From: Bacteroidota bacterium
GTDB taxonomy: Bacteria; Bacteroidota; Bacteroidia; B-17B0; Aurantibacillaceae
Assembly: GCA_020162035.1 (NCBI GenBank)
Contig: JAIUNM010000002.1
Location: forward strand, 126,533-190,532
Reading direction: 5' to 3'
Length of the DNA: 64,000 nt
Part shown: piece after piece, positions 10,301 to 19,286 of the stretch
Position numbering within the stretch: position 1 is the first letter of the stretch
How the letters are laid out: every line of letters begins with the position of its first letter
The notes under the pieces: generated by a model
What the model saw: the letters and a program-made list of their open reading frames with translations, nothing else
Databases searched by the model: none
What the model was told of the DNA's origin: nothing
Position numbers and translations under genes: made by a program

Positions 10301-11359
10301 GCATTAAAAAAAGTAATTTTAAAAGGTAAAATAGCATTAAAAGATTCTAGTTTAATTAATACGTTTAATGGAATAGTTTATGTAACCGTATTTGATAAAG
10401 AACAAAACATTAGTTGTTTAATTAATCAGCCTTATAGTGCAACAAATTATGGGTCTGCAGCACCAACAGATCCATTAATTCCATTTACATTTAATTCTTT
10501 TAAAAACATAATTTATAAAGGAAAATCGATTGTAAAAAATGGAGAATACAGTTGTACATTTATTATCCCTAAAGATGTAAGTTTTGTGCCTGGGAACGCT
10601 AAAATTAGTTACTACGCAACAGATGGAATAGTTGATGCAAGTGGTTATTACACGAATATTGTGGTTGGTGGTAAAATGGCAAATGATGCAATAACCGACA
10701 CAGATGGGCCTAACAGCAAATTATTTATTAATGATATTGGTTTTGTTGAGGGAGGAACTACAAATGAAAAACCTGTTTTTTACGCAAATATTACTGATTC
10801 AAGCGGAATAAATACCATTGGAACAGGTATTGGGCATGATATAGTTGCAATTTTAGATAATAGCGAAAATAATCCTTTAATTTTAAATGATTTTTATGAA
10901 GCAAATATAAACAGTTACCAAAGTGGGCAAGTTAAATACCAATTTAATAATTTAAGTGAGGGCAACCATCGCATAAAATTTAAAGCTTGGGATATTCAAA
11001 ATAATTCGTCAGAATCTTATATTGATTTTGTAGTTGCTAATAGCGATGAATTGGTTTTAAAACATGTATTAAACTACCCAAACCCATTTACCACAAATAC
11101 AAAATTTTCTTTTGAACATAACCAAGCTTGTACGCCACTTAAAGTAACAATACAAATTTTTACTATTAGTGGTAAACTTGCTAAAACAATACAAACTTAT
11201 GTTTATTGCGAAGGCTATAGACCCGGAGGAATTGTTTGGGACGGAAAAGATGATTATGGCGATAAATTAGCTAAAGGCGTTTACATTTATAAATTATCTA
11301 TTCAAACAAATGATAACAAAAATGCTGAAAAGCTCGAAAAATTAGTAATTTTAAATTAG
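7400..11359 (+). CDS. porU: T9SS sortase PorU (C25 peptidase family)
   Basis: 1319 aa with GNWYKIGVGKTGVYKID, YLIITHP, LLGDGSY, DIGVGR, NYTGHGG, ITATCEFSRFD, LLGDP and a C-terminal CTD (NYPNPF...LAKGVYIYKL). Lies directly before porV. Confidence 0.96.
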   Translation: MNKTGLFSLIFTILFVFNVKSQKKVASILNIDANLSATSNIIQLNDNDTSYTKVVLKGAMYLPLKNNLPYFSITQSSNQPLDLKISDIVTVKVAEPTASIIKKHFGNYLTSEFELINVSGISSGKIINHFQLIPFKINNLNQVEELVSYKTNWVENLNSKLNAKSTSTFVSNSVLSTGNWYKIGVGKTGVYKIDKSLLTKMGIDVSSLDPKKIKIYGNGGNALPELNSATVLDDLKENAIKVVGESDGVFNDNDYILFYAKGSQQLTYNATSRLKYNLNNNIYSDSSFYFLNFENTNGLRIGASNTPSNIVNNTNSYDYVAIEEKNDINFIKSGREFYGQFFDITNTYNFTWNDGNFVLNDSLIASVTMAGRAYTPNFYSFNVNGISQSFTISQVGTYYLDPYANVINTVAGGANSNINSINLSVTKLSSSALAWLDKITINARRQLSITNKQFNFRDARVTGTLSTNAITYNLQNTNSEFVTIWNVSDFTQPIEVVNTNSNSSISFNYGQNNTPDEFVAMVDEDYYKPVYVSKVSNQNIHAQAPAEYLIITHPLFVSQAQRLANLHQTNENLTYQITTTEEIYNEFSSGNQDISAIRNYIKMLYTKGVNSGTNTPKFVVLLGDGSYKLKNRDINTNSCLIPSYQSINSTAPLASVTTDDFYGLMDANEGEYADGSLGSNTYKVDIGVGRLMARTVTEMNQMINKIENYYAKDDINNILAQQSNCGNTSEGTYGDWRTWVSFIADDGDKALHMNQSNKLANVLKASNPEYNQEKIYLDSYQSVSTPGGIRYPDAVSELERRMKKGALVINYTGHGGELGLTEERIVDVNSINNWSNFNKLPLMITATCEFSRFDDPERTSAGEYVMLNPKGGAVSLFTTVRVAFAETNEYLNNILFKYLFSTNLQGNKLTIGEVLKNTKADIGQATVYANFHLLGDPAVVLRYPKQKIVTTQINSDTAKLVLKDTLGALKKVILKGKIALKDSSLINTFNGIVYVTVFDKEQNISCLINQPYSATNYGSAAPTDPLIPFTFNSFKNIIYKGKSIVKNGEYSCTFIIPKDVSFVPGNAKISYYATDGIVDASGYYTNIVVGGKMANDAITDTDGPNSKLFINDIGFVEGGTTNEKPVFYANITDSSGINTIGTGIGHDIVAILDNSENNPLILNDFYEANINSYQSGQVKYQFNNLSEGNHRIKFKAWDIQNNSSESYIDFVVANSDELVLKHVLNYPNPFTTNTKFSFEHNQACTPLKVTIQIFTISGKLAKTIQTYVYCEGYRPGGIVWDGKDDYGDKLAKGVYIYKLSIQTNDNKNAEKLEKLVILN

Positions 11360-11380
11360 TATATTTACACCCCCTTTTGA

Positions 11381-12649
11381 ATGATTAATATGGCGATGAT
11401 TAAATTTAATAAATACAAAGTGTTTTTAATCACATTATTGTTTTCTTACAATTCTTATAATGCTCAAATATCTACTTTACAAACCTTAAATGGACAAACA
11501 GTTGTAATTAACCCTATAACTACTGCGGTGCCGTTTTTGTTAATTGGTCCTGACAGTAAACAAGGTGCAATGGGCGATGTTGGAGCGGCAACAGACCCAG
11601 ATGCAAACGCTATACACTGGAATGGAAGTAAAATGGTTTTCTCTGATAAAAAATTTAGTTTTGGTTTAAGTGCAACACCTTGGTTAAGAACTTTAGTACC
11701 CGACATTTACTTGTATTATTTAGGTGGATATGCAAAGGTTAGAAAAAACACGTCTGTTGGTGGTTCTTTAAGATATTTTAGTTTAGGTAATATAGATTTA
11801 ACAAATATAAATGGGGTTCAAACAGGAAGTATAAGACCAAATGAGTTTGCATTAGATGCTGCAATTTCTCAAAAATTATCAGATAATTTTAGTATGGGCG
11901 TAGCTATGCGTTTTATTAATTCTGGTATTAGCAGGGCATTTACTAGTAATGCTAACTCTGCAAGAACAGCTGCAGTTGATATTAGTGGTTATTACAAAAG
12001 CAACGAGTTTAAATTAAGCGATAAAAAAGCAATTGCCACAGCGGGCTTTGCATTTACTAATTTAGGTGCTAAAATAAAATACAGTAACGATCCTAACTTT
12101 ATTCCAATGAATATGAGATTAGGTGGAGGATTAAAAACTAAATTTGACGATTACAATACCTTTGGGTTTTATTTAGATTTTAATAAGCTTTTGGTACCAA
12201 CATCTCCAATTTATAAACACAAAGTAGATGCAAGTGGCCAACCAACCAATGAAATAGAAATAGACCCTGCAACAGGCGAAAAAGTAATTTTAAAAGGTAA
12301 AAACCCTAATGTTCCTGTTGCTCAAGGTATCTTCCAATCATTTGGCGATGCCCCAGGTGGAGCAAAAGAAGAGTTGCAAGAGGTAAACATTGCAACCGGA
12401 GTTGAATATACTTATAACAATGCATTTTCACTAAGAGCAGGATATTTTTACGAACCCAAAACAAAAGGTAGTCGCCAATACGTTAGTTTTGGTGCCGGTT
12501 TTAGATACAATGTAATTAAAATAGATTTATCATACTTAATTCCAACTCTTATAAATAATCCTTTAGCAAGAACTTTAAGATTTTCGTTAACTTTTGATTT
12601 TGATCCGGCAAAAAAAGAACAAACACCAAACCCTGCAACTCAACCTTAA
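11381..12649 (+). CDS. porV: T9SS outer membrane shuttle PorV
   Basis: ITTAVPFLLIGPDS..GAMGDVGAAT, PWLRTLVPDI, GGSLRYFSLG, LRAGYFYE, RTLRFSL. Confidence 0.96.
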   Translation: MINMAMIKFNKYKVFLITLLFSYNSYNAQISTLQTLNGQTVVINPITTAVPFLLIGPDSKQGAMGDVGAATDPDANAIHWNGSKMVFSDKKFSFGLSATPWLRTLVPDIYLYYLGGYAKVRKNTSVGGSLRYFSLGNIDLTNINGVQTGSIRPNEFALDAAISQKLSDNFSMGVAMRFINSGISRAFTSNANSARTAAVDISGYYKSNEFKLSDKKAIATAGFAFTNLGAKIKYSNDPNFIPMNMRLGGGLKTKFDDYNTFGFYLDFNKLLVPTSPIYKHKVDASGQPTNEIEIDPATGEKVILKGKNPNVPVAQGIFQSFGDAPGGAKEELQEVNIATGVEYTYNNAFSLRAGYFYEPKTKGSRQYVSFGAGFRYNVIKIDLSYLIPTLINNPLARTLRFSLTFDFDPAKKEQTPNPATQP

Positions 12650-12734
12650 TAACATAGGGTTGTGCATAATTGAGGTGCAAAAAAATATTTTCTCTAAATT
12701 TTAAAAGCAACTTTGTACATAAAGTTGCTTTTTT

Positions 12735-14372
12735 ATGTCATTAAAAAATTTAATATTATTTGTATTTGTTTTATTTTTTGTTTCGTGCAAAGAAACAAAG
12801 GAATCAAAAGAATCAAAAAAAATATTTTCATACAATGAAATGGCAGTTGTAACTAGCCTCGACCCTGCTGCCGCATCTAATTTCGAAAACATTTGGCCAG
12901 TTAATCAACTATTTAATGGTTTAGTTCAAATGGACGATCAGTTAAACGTATTACCCTCAATTGCTAAAAAATTTAGTGTAAGTAAAAACGGATTAGATTA
13001 CGAGTTTATATTACGCAATGATGTTTATTTTCATGACAATAAATGTTTTGCAGATGAAAAAGGCCGCAAAGTAATTGCAAAAGATTTTATTTATAGTTTT
13101 ACAAGATTGTTTGATAGTAAAGTAAGTAGTGCAACAACATTACTAAGTTGTGTTGACAGAAGCGAAAAAACAAATTTTAAAGGTTTTGAAGCAAAAAACG
13201 ATAGTATATTTATAATTCATTTAAGTAAACCTTATAGCGCATTTTTAAATATTTTAACCATGAAATATTTTAGCGTTTTACCCGAAGAGGCTATAGATTA
13301 TTATGGTGAAAATTTTAGAACAAACCCTGTGGGTACAGGACCTTTTATGTTTAAAAAGTGGGATGAAGGCACAAGAATAATTTTGCAAAAAAACCCTAAC
13401 TATTTTGAAAGAGATGAAAAAAATGAGAGATTGCCTTATTTAGATGGCGTTTCAATATCATTTATAAAAGATAGAGAAACTGCATTTATGGAATTATTAA
13501 ATGGAAAATTTGACATGCTAAGTGGTGCAGATGCTTTTAACCCTATGGAAGTTTTAACAAGAGATGCAGAGCTAAAAGATACTTACAAAAAAAGATTTTA
13601 CTTACAAAAACAAACCTTCTTAAAAACAGATTATATTGGAATTTTAGTTGATGAAAATATAGACATAGTAAAAAAATCTCCATTAAAATTAAAAGCCGTA
13701 AGACAAGCGCTAAACTATGCCTTTGACAGAGAAAAACTTGTAAAATTTATTCGTAATGGGATAGGTATTCCTGCAAACTGCGGTTTTATCCCTAAAGGAA
13801 TGAAAAGTTATAACCCAGAAAAAGTAAAAGGTTATTATTACGACCCTAATAAAGTAAAGCAACTCTTACAACAAGCTGGTTATCCAAACGGAGAAAACTT
13901 ACCTGAAATTGTTATTCATGCTGCCGATAATTTTAAAGAAGCATTAGAATACATACAATCTCAATTAGCGCAAAGTAATATAAAAGTTCAAATAAGTATT
14001 GAGAAACCTTCGGTTTTAAAACAAGCCGTAAATGCCTGCGAATATGGTATGTTTAAAAAATCGTGGGTAGGAGATTATAGCGATGAAGAAAATTTTATGA
14101 GTTTATTTTACAGTAAACATTTTGCACCACAAGGCGTAAATTATTTTCATTATAGTAATTTGGAATTTGATAAATTATACGAAGAAGCTTTAATTTCAAC
14201 ATCAGACACGAGTAAAATAAGCCTTTACCAACAAATGGAAAGACTTTTAATTGAAGATGCGCCCGTTATACCATTGTATTATGATGAAGTTGTAAGGATA
14301 GTTGATAAAAAAATAACTGGTTTACCTATAAACCCAATGAATTTGTTAACTTTAAAAACTGTACGTAAATAA
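12735..14372 (+). CDS. ABC transporter substrate-binding lipoprotein (OppA/DppA family 5)
   Basis: Lipobox FVSC, SLDPA, LFNGLVQ, PVGTGPF, VRQALNYA, APVIPLYY. Confidence 0.92.
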   Translation: MSLKNLILFVFVLFFVSCKETKESKESKKIFSYNEMAVVTSLDPAAASNFENIWPVNQLFNGLVQMDDQLNVLPSIAKKFSVSKNGLDYEFILRNDVYFHDNKCFADEKGRKVIAKDFIYSFTRLFDSKVSSATTLLSCVDRSEKTNFKGFEAKNDSIFIIHLSKPYSAFLNILTMKYFSVLPEEAIDYYGENFRTNPVGTGPFMFKKWDEGTRIILQKNPNYFERDEKNERLPYLDGVSISFIKDRETAFMELLNGKFDMLSGADAFNPMEVLTRDAELKDTYKKRFYLQKQTFLKTDYIGILVDENIDIVKKSPLKLKAVRQALNYAFDREKLVKFIRNGIGIPANCGFIPKGMKSYNPEKVKGYYYDPNKVKQLLQQAGYPNGENLPEIVIHAADNFKEALEYIQSQLAQSNIKVQISIEKPSVLKQAVNACEYGMFKKSWVGDYSDEENFMSLFYSKHFAPQGVNYFHYSNLEFDKLYEEALISTSDTSKISLYQQMERLLIEDAPVIPLYYDEVVRIVDKKITGLPINPMNLLTLKTVRK

Positions 14373-14421
14373 TTTTTTTATTTTTAATTATTATGTATTT
14401 TAGCATTTTAAAATTATAACC

Positions 14422-14658
14422 ATGGGAAACGATCATAACCACCACAGCGATGAAAAAAAACCTGTAGCATTTGTAGCTCCATTAATTTTTGGGTTGGTAA
14501 TTACTTTTGTAATACTTGCATTTGCAAGTTTAGGAAATCCTTGCCATCATCATGGAGATTGTAATACAAAAGAATGTGAAAAAACAACACAAAGTTCTCA
14601 CAACGAAAACACAGAACATTCTACAGAAACAAAAACTACAGAAGAAGCTTCTCACTAA
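14422..14658 (+). CDS. Small single-pass membrane protein with His/Cys-rich flanks
   Basis: 78 aa: DHNHH, one hydrophobic span, then CHHHGDC..C and a Thr/Glu-rich tail. Followed by a strong terminator-like hairpin. Confidence 0.7.
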   Translation: MGNDHNHHSDEKKPVAFVAPLIFGLVITFVILAFASLGNPCHHHGDCNTKECEKTTQSSHNENTEHSTETKTTEEASH

Positions 14659-14682
14659 AGTTATTAAATAACATTTAATAAT

Positions 14683-14743
14683 CATTTCGAGATTAATTGA
14701 GAACATTCAGTACACTCATTTAAACTCGAAATGTTTTTGTTTT
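14683..14743 (+). terminator. Long-stem intrinsic terminator
   Basis: CATTTCGAG (14683-91) pairs with CTCGAAATG (14725-33). An inner TTAATTGAG/CTCATTTAA stem has one mismatch. Followed by TTTTTGTTTT. A separate 9-bp hairpin lies at 14661-14681. Confidence 0.65.
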
Positions 14744-14844
14744 AAATCGAACAAACAATTCCTTAAATTGGAATAAAATTTCCTTCAAATGCAATAAAAG
14801 TATTGATTTACGTTATTACATTTACAAAGAATAAATAAAGCTTT

Positions 14845-15924
14845 ATCAAAAAATTAATAAATATTCAACTCTTTATATTTTTATTAATTTGTGTAAATAA
14901 AATAACAAGCCAAAACGATACTTTAAAAAAAATTACCTATTCGGCACTTGTTGACGCTTATTATGTTTACGATTTAGCCGAACCAAAATCTAATTATAGA
15001 AATTCTGCTTTTTATAATTACAATAGGCACAACCAAGTAAACATTAATTTAGCTTTTTTAAAAGCTAATTATACTAACAATTCAATTAGAAGCAATATTG
15101 CAATTGGCGCAGGTACATATATGCATGATAATTTAAGTGCAGAGCCAACATTATTACAAAACATTTTTGAAGCAAACTTAGGTTTTAAAATTTACAAAAA
15201 TTGGTGGTTTGATATTGGCGTTTTTCCATCACATATAGGTTTTGAAAGTGCAATATCAAAAGACTGTTGGAACTTAACACGAAGCATTTGTGCAGAAAAT
15301 ACACCGTATTACGAAAGTGGTGCAAAAATAAGTTACAACACTAAAAATCAAAAATGGCTTTTTAGTGGAATGTATTTAAATGGTTGGCAACGCATACAAA
15401 AAAATCCTGGTTATACATTACCTTCATTTGGCACACAAATAGTTTATAAACCAAGTGCAAATGCTACAATTAATCATAGTACATTTTTAGGTTACATAAA
15501 TCCTGATTCTACAGCTGTTTTAAGACTTTATAACAATATATATTTTGTTTATCAAGTAACAAATACTTTTGGCATAACAATGGGGTTTGATTATGGGCAA
15601 CAACAACATTCAAAAAAAGACCCTACTTTAAATTTTTGGTTTAGTAATGTTTTAATTTTAAAGTATAATTTAACTAAAAAAGCATCGTTTGCTTTTAGGA
15701 GCGAATATTATAGTGATCCTAATCAAGTTATTATTCAATCGCCCAATGGAGATTTTAATGTTTTTGGTAACTCAATAAATTTTGATTTTATACCTCAAGA
15801 AAATTTTTTGGTACGAATTGAAGGGAGATATTTAAAAGCAAATAACGATGTGTTTTTAAGTCCTGTAAAGGGTTTTAAAAACAATAACACGTTTTTTAGC
15901 ACATCGGTTAGTTATCAATTTTAA
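14845..15924 (+). CDS. Outer membrane beta-barrel porin (BBP2-like); N-terminus extends past the tracked ATG to an ATC codon
   Basis: Frame is open from the TAA at 14836-38: ATC AAA AAA TTA gives (M)KKLINIQLFIFLLICVNKITSQ, a signal peptide, then VDAYYVYD...YNRHNQVNINL. Also IGVFPSHIGFESAIS, AENTPYYESG and a terminal YQF. Confidence 0.8.
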   Translation: MKKLINIQLFIFLLICVNKITSQNDTLKKITYSALVDAYYVYDLAEPKSNYRNSAFYNYNRHNQVNINLAFLKANYTNNSIRSNIAIGAGTYMHDNLSAEPTLLQNIFEANLGFKIYKNWWFDIGVFPSHIGFESAISKDCWNLTRSICAENTPYYESGAKISYNTKNQKWLFSGMYLNGWQRIQKNPGYTLPSFGTQIVYKPSANATINHSTFLGYINPDSTAVLRLYNNIYFVYQVTNTFGITMGFDYGQQQHSKKDPTLNFWFSNVLILKYNLTKKASFAFRSEYYSDPNQVIIQSPNGDFNVFGNSINFDFIPQENFLVRIEGRYLKANNDVFLSPVKGFKNNNTFFSTSVSYQF

Positions 15925-15925
15925 A

Positions 15926-16732
15926 TTATTTTTCTAACTCAGTTATTGCCGAATTAAAATTAATAAATTCTATTTTATTTGATTTTAAATACTCAATTAA
16001 CCATACATACCAATTTAACCATGTTTTAAACGAAGGCGAAAAATACCTATCGTGAAAATCAATTCCTAAATAATTTATTTTTTTAGTGTAAGCTTCATCA
16101 ATCAATTTTAAAGTACTTTCTTTTGCCTTTTGTAAATTGGTATTTTGCCATCTTGTACCATTTTGAATAACCCAACCATCCATTATTTGAAATGGGAACT
16201 CCCACATATTACCAATTTTATAAGGATTAATAAAGTCATTAATTGTGCTATCGTACTTATATCCTGCTTTAGCTAAATTCATTAATGTTTCGTTATTATT
16301 TCTAACATAATGCATTCTTATACCAAAGTTATTTAGTTCAGATATTTTATTAAACTGTAAATACTCATTATTAATTAAATCAAAATTTTCGTATGAAATT
16401 CCATGAACTCCAATTTCGCAATTACGAAGTTTCATTTGCAAAATCCAAGGAATTGCGTTGTTTAATGAATAGTTTAAGCCAACTCCTTTGTTTACAGCAA
16501 TAAAAAAGCTACTTGGTATATTGTTTAAATTATTAAATGTAATAAGTTCATCAATGTTTTGCCATTTATTTTTAAAAAAATCTGTATATCTTAAAAATAA
16601 TTCTTTAAAAGATATTTTGCCTGTAAGCAACTCTAGATGCATTCTAGTAATATATTTAGGAATTATTGTATCTTTTAATAAATGTTCCCAAACTGTTATA
16701 TGATCAATATCGTGTGAAATAATTGCTTTCAT
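15926..16732 (-). CDS. Polysaccharide deacetylase-like protein (NodB/CE4-like)
   Basis: SHDIDH, EIGVHG, GIRMHY, YDST, WEFPFQIMD, DFH. Confidence 0.75.
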   Translation of the reverse strand: MKAIISHDIDHITVWEHLLKDTIIPKYITRMHLELLTGKISFKELFLRYTDFFKNKWQNIDELITFNNLNNIPSSFFIAVNKGVGLNYSLNNAIPWILQMKLRNCEIGVHGISYENFDLINNEYLQFNKISELNNFGIRMHYVRNNNETLMNLAKAGYKYDSTINDFINPYKIGNMWEFPFQIMDGWVIQNGTRWQNTNLQKAKESTLKLIDEAYTKKINYLGIDFHDRYFSPSFKTWLNWYVWLIEYLKSNKIEFINFNSAITELEK

Positions 16733-17634
16733 TAATTTTTCTTTATCATCTTAATTAATTTGGGTAAATTATTTACTTTAACGTATTGATAGTTTAGTTC
16801 TTTACCGCCTAAACCTTTATAAAAATTAGCTAAACCAATATTTATTGAGCCGCCACCAAAATCGAAAAACTTTTTTGTATTTGAATAATGTTTAATTGCA
16901 AAATCTAATAATAAATGCATACTTCCTGAATTTTCATTTTTATCAAGTGTTGTGCCTTTTAAATACAAAACATAATTTGCATTGTAAATAAAAAAAGCAA
17001 TTGCAACAATTTTATTTTTTGGGTCTTTTGTAACCATGCAATGTAATGCATTAATATTTATAGCTTGATTTATTAATTTTGAAAATACCTTAAGTTGATT
17101 ATTTTTAATTGAAATACTTTTTAAAAAAGGGTATATATGCTTTTTAACTAAACTTTCAGAATCATTAGGATTGATAAATTGGGCTTGATAATTTAAAGAT
17201 TGTGCTTTTTTTATATTCCTAATTGTATTTTGATTGTAATTAATTTCATTTTTATAATCAATAATAAATGTTTTTTTGGGTTTTGTATTTGTGCTATTAA
17301 GTTTATTTGAATAATTAAATTCATATTCAATCAACTTAAATGTTTTTTTTATATAAGTGTAAAATTCAGATACAATTTCGGTTTTAGTATTTCCAAAGAC
17401 ACCTAATTGAGAGGTAAATGAAGGTTGAGGTAAATAAAGGATTCCTAATTTTTTTTTAAACGTCACAGGTAAAACAGACTCATAATCATTTAAAATTAAG
17501 GCGTCCCAATTAGGACTGGTAGCATTTAAATAAAAAGATTGAGCAAAAACTAAAGGTATAGGAGAATTAAGAATTACATTATCCCATTTTGCAAAATCAA
17601 TATTTTTATGTTTAATATAATTTAAACCTTGCAT
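16732..17634 (-). CDS. GNAT/FemAB-like protein
   Basis: KWDNVI, LPQPSFTSQLG, NTIRNIKKA, SMHLLLDFAI, FDFGGGS..GLANFYKGLGG. Confidence 0.7.
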   Translation of the reverse strand: MQGLNYIKHKNIDFAKWDNVILNSPIPLVFAQSFYLNATSPNWDALILNDYESVLPVTFKKKLGILYLPQPSFTSQLGVFGNTKTEIVSEFYTYIKKTFKLIEYEFNYSNKLNSTNTKPKKTFIIDYKNEINYNQNTIRNIKKAQSLNYQAQFINPNDSESLVKKHIYPFLKSISIKNNQLKVFSKLINQAININALHCMVTKDPKNKIVAIAFFIYNANYVLYLKGTTLDKNENSGSMHLLLDFAIKHYSNTKKFFDFGGGSINIGLANFYKGLGGKELNYQYVKVNNLPKLIKMIKKN

Positions 17635-18593
17635 TAAAACAAATGACGTTTTTTTAATTTTAATATAATTTCTATAGCTAAATTTCCTTTATTTACTGTG
17701 TAATATGGAATTAATTTTCCACCAAAGCCTCTAAAAAATTTTTCAACTCCAACTAACATACTTCCTTCAAAATCAAAAACACTACAGCCTAAATGTTTCG
17801 CATTTTCTATTGCTTTTAAAATTAATAAATTATTTATGCCTTGTATTTCGGAGTTTTTATTAGTGCCTCCAAATAAATAATAACAAGTTTTAGAATCGTA
17901 TGCGCAAAATACTGCACCAATTAAAACATTATTTGAATACGCTTCTATTGAAAATGAATTTTTATCATTTGCAAAATTTAAAAACAAAGCTTTAAGTTCT
18001 GTTTCGTAAACGTTTGCGCCTGCTTCAGTTAAACAATTTTTAAAATAATCGAATAAATTATTTTTTGATTGTTTATTAATTTCAATTATTAAATCGCTTT
18101 TTATGGCTTTTTTAATACTATTTCTGTTTTTTGGATCAAAATTTTGATTTAACTCTTCAATAGTTTTATTTAAATCAAGTTGATATGTATAATTTGGAAT
18201 TACTTTAAATTTATTCCAAATAAATGGCTGCATATCAATTACAGAAGTAGGAAAAGCTAAAATTGTTAGTGATGAATTTAGAGAGTTAAAGTATTCGCTT
18301 ATAAGTTTAATTGATTCTTTTAAAAATCCATTAATAATAGATTCATTATTTGCTTGTACTAAAATTCTTAGCCCACAATTAGGCGAATATGGCGGAAGTT
18401 TAATAAAATTAATTCCAAATTTTTTAATTTTATAATAATAAAAACTTCCAATTAATTTTTGTTCATCTTGAAATATGCCAACAAAATTTATATTTTCATT
18501 ATAAATAGAAACCCAATCTAACGTATTAAATACAGAACAATTTTCATTATTTAATGAGCTAAATTCTTGTATTGATATATCTTTTAAAAACAC
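17634..18593 (-). CDS. GNAT/FemAB-like protein (peptidoglycan-bridge glycyltransferase fold)
   Basis: YTYQLDL, NRNSIKKA, CYYLFGG, NNLLILKAIE, FDFEGSMLVGVEKFFRGFGG. Confidence 0.8.
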   Translation of the reverse strand: MFLKDISIQEFSSLNNENCSVFNTLDWVSIYNENINFVGIFQDEQKLIGSFYYYKIKKFGINFIKLPPYSPNCGLRILVQANNESIINGFLKESIKLISEYFNSLNSSLTILAFPTSVIDMQPFIWNKFKVIPNYTYQLDLNKTIEELNQNFDPKNRNSIKKAIKSDLIIEINKQSKNNLFDYFKNCLTEAGANVYETELKALFLNFANDKNSFSIEAYSNNVLIGAVFCAYDSKTCYYLFGGTNKNSEIQGINNLLILKAIENAKHLGCSVFDFEGSMLVGVEKFFRGFGGKLIPYYTVNKGNLAIEIILKLKKRHLF

Positions 18594-18596
18594 GTG

Positions 18597-19286
18597 TTAT
18601 TTGGTTCCTACAATAGTTATTATTCCTAAATTTTGATTACGAGCATTATAAGTAATTAACTTAGGCTGTAATCCTAATTTAATTAATTTGTTTTCGTAAG
18701 CCAATTTCATTTGTTGAGGTGTAACAATTGAAGCATTATTACAATTATAAAATTTTTCTCTTGCTTCAATCCATTCATTTACAAAATCGTTTGGGTGTGG
18801 GTGTAATTGAAGCATTATATTAATATTTGTTACAACATTTAACATTATAACAAACTCGTTGGCTACATTATTAAAAATGTTTTCAAAAAACAAAAAATGT
18901 TCAAAATTTTTATCATTATACTTAAATGGAACAGGTAAATCAATTAAAACGAAATTAAAATCATTTCGATTTAATTTATTATTAATTATAGCTTGAATAG
19001 AATCGCCACAATTAACATTAGCATTAGGAAATTCCTTTTTGGCATATTTAATGGCTTGCTCATTAATATCCCACATTTCTAAATAACTTGTTTCGTTGGC
19101 AAAAATTCTTGTCCATTGTAAACCTGTTTGGCAAAAGGCATCTAGAGCTACAAGTTTTTTAGGCCAAAAATTATAATCTTTTAAAGTTAAAATATTAAGC
19201 ATTAACGATGTAAACAATCTTTTGTTTTCGAAAGGTTTAATTAACTTAATAATAAATTTATTTTTATAATATAATTTAGAAACCAT
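18597..19286 (-). CDS. Hypothetical protein, degenerate class I SAM-methyltransferase-like
   Basis: ALDAFCQTG (motif I-like), MWDI acidic residue, CGDS, VLIDLP. Confidence 0.5.
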   Translation of the reverse strand: MVSKLYYKNKFIIKLIKPFENKRLFTSLMLNILTLKDYNFWPKKLVALDAFCQTGLQWTRIFANETSYLEMWDINEQAIKYAKKEFPNANVNCGDSIQAIINNKLNRNDFNFVLIDLPVPFKYNDKNFEHFLFFENIFNNVANEFVIMLNVVTNINIMLQLHPHPNDFVNEWIEAREKFYNCNNASIVTPQQMKLAYENKLIKLGLQPKLITYNARNQNLGIITIVGTK

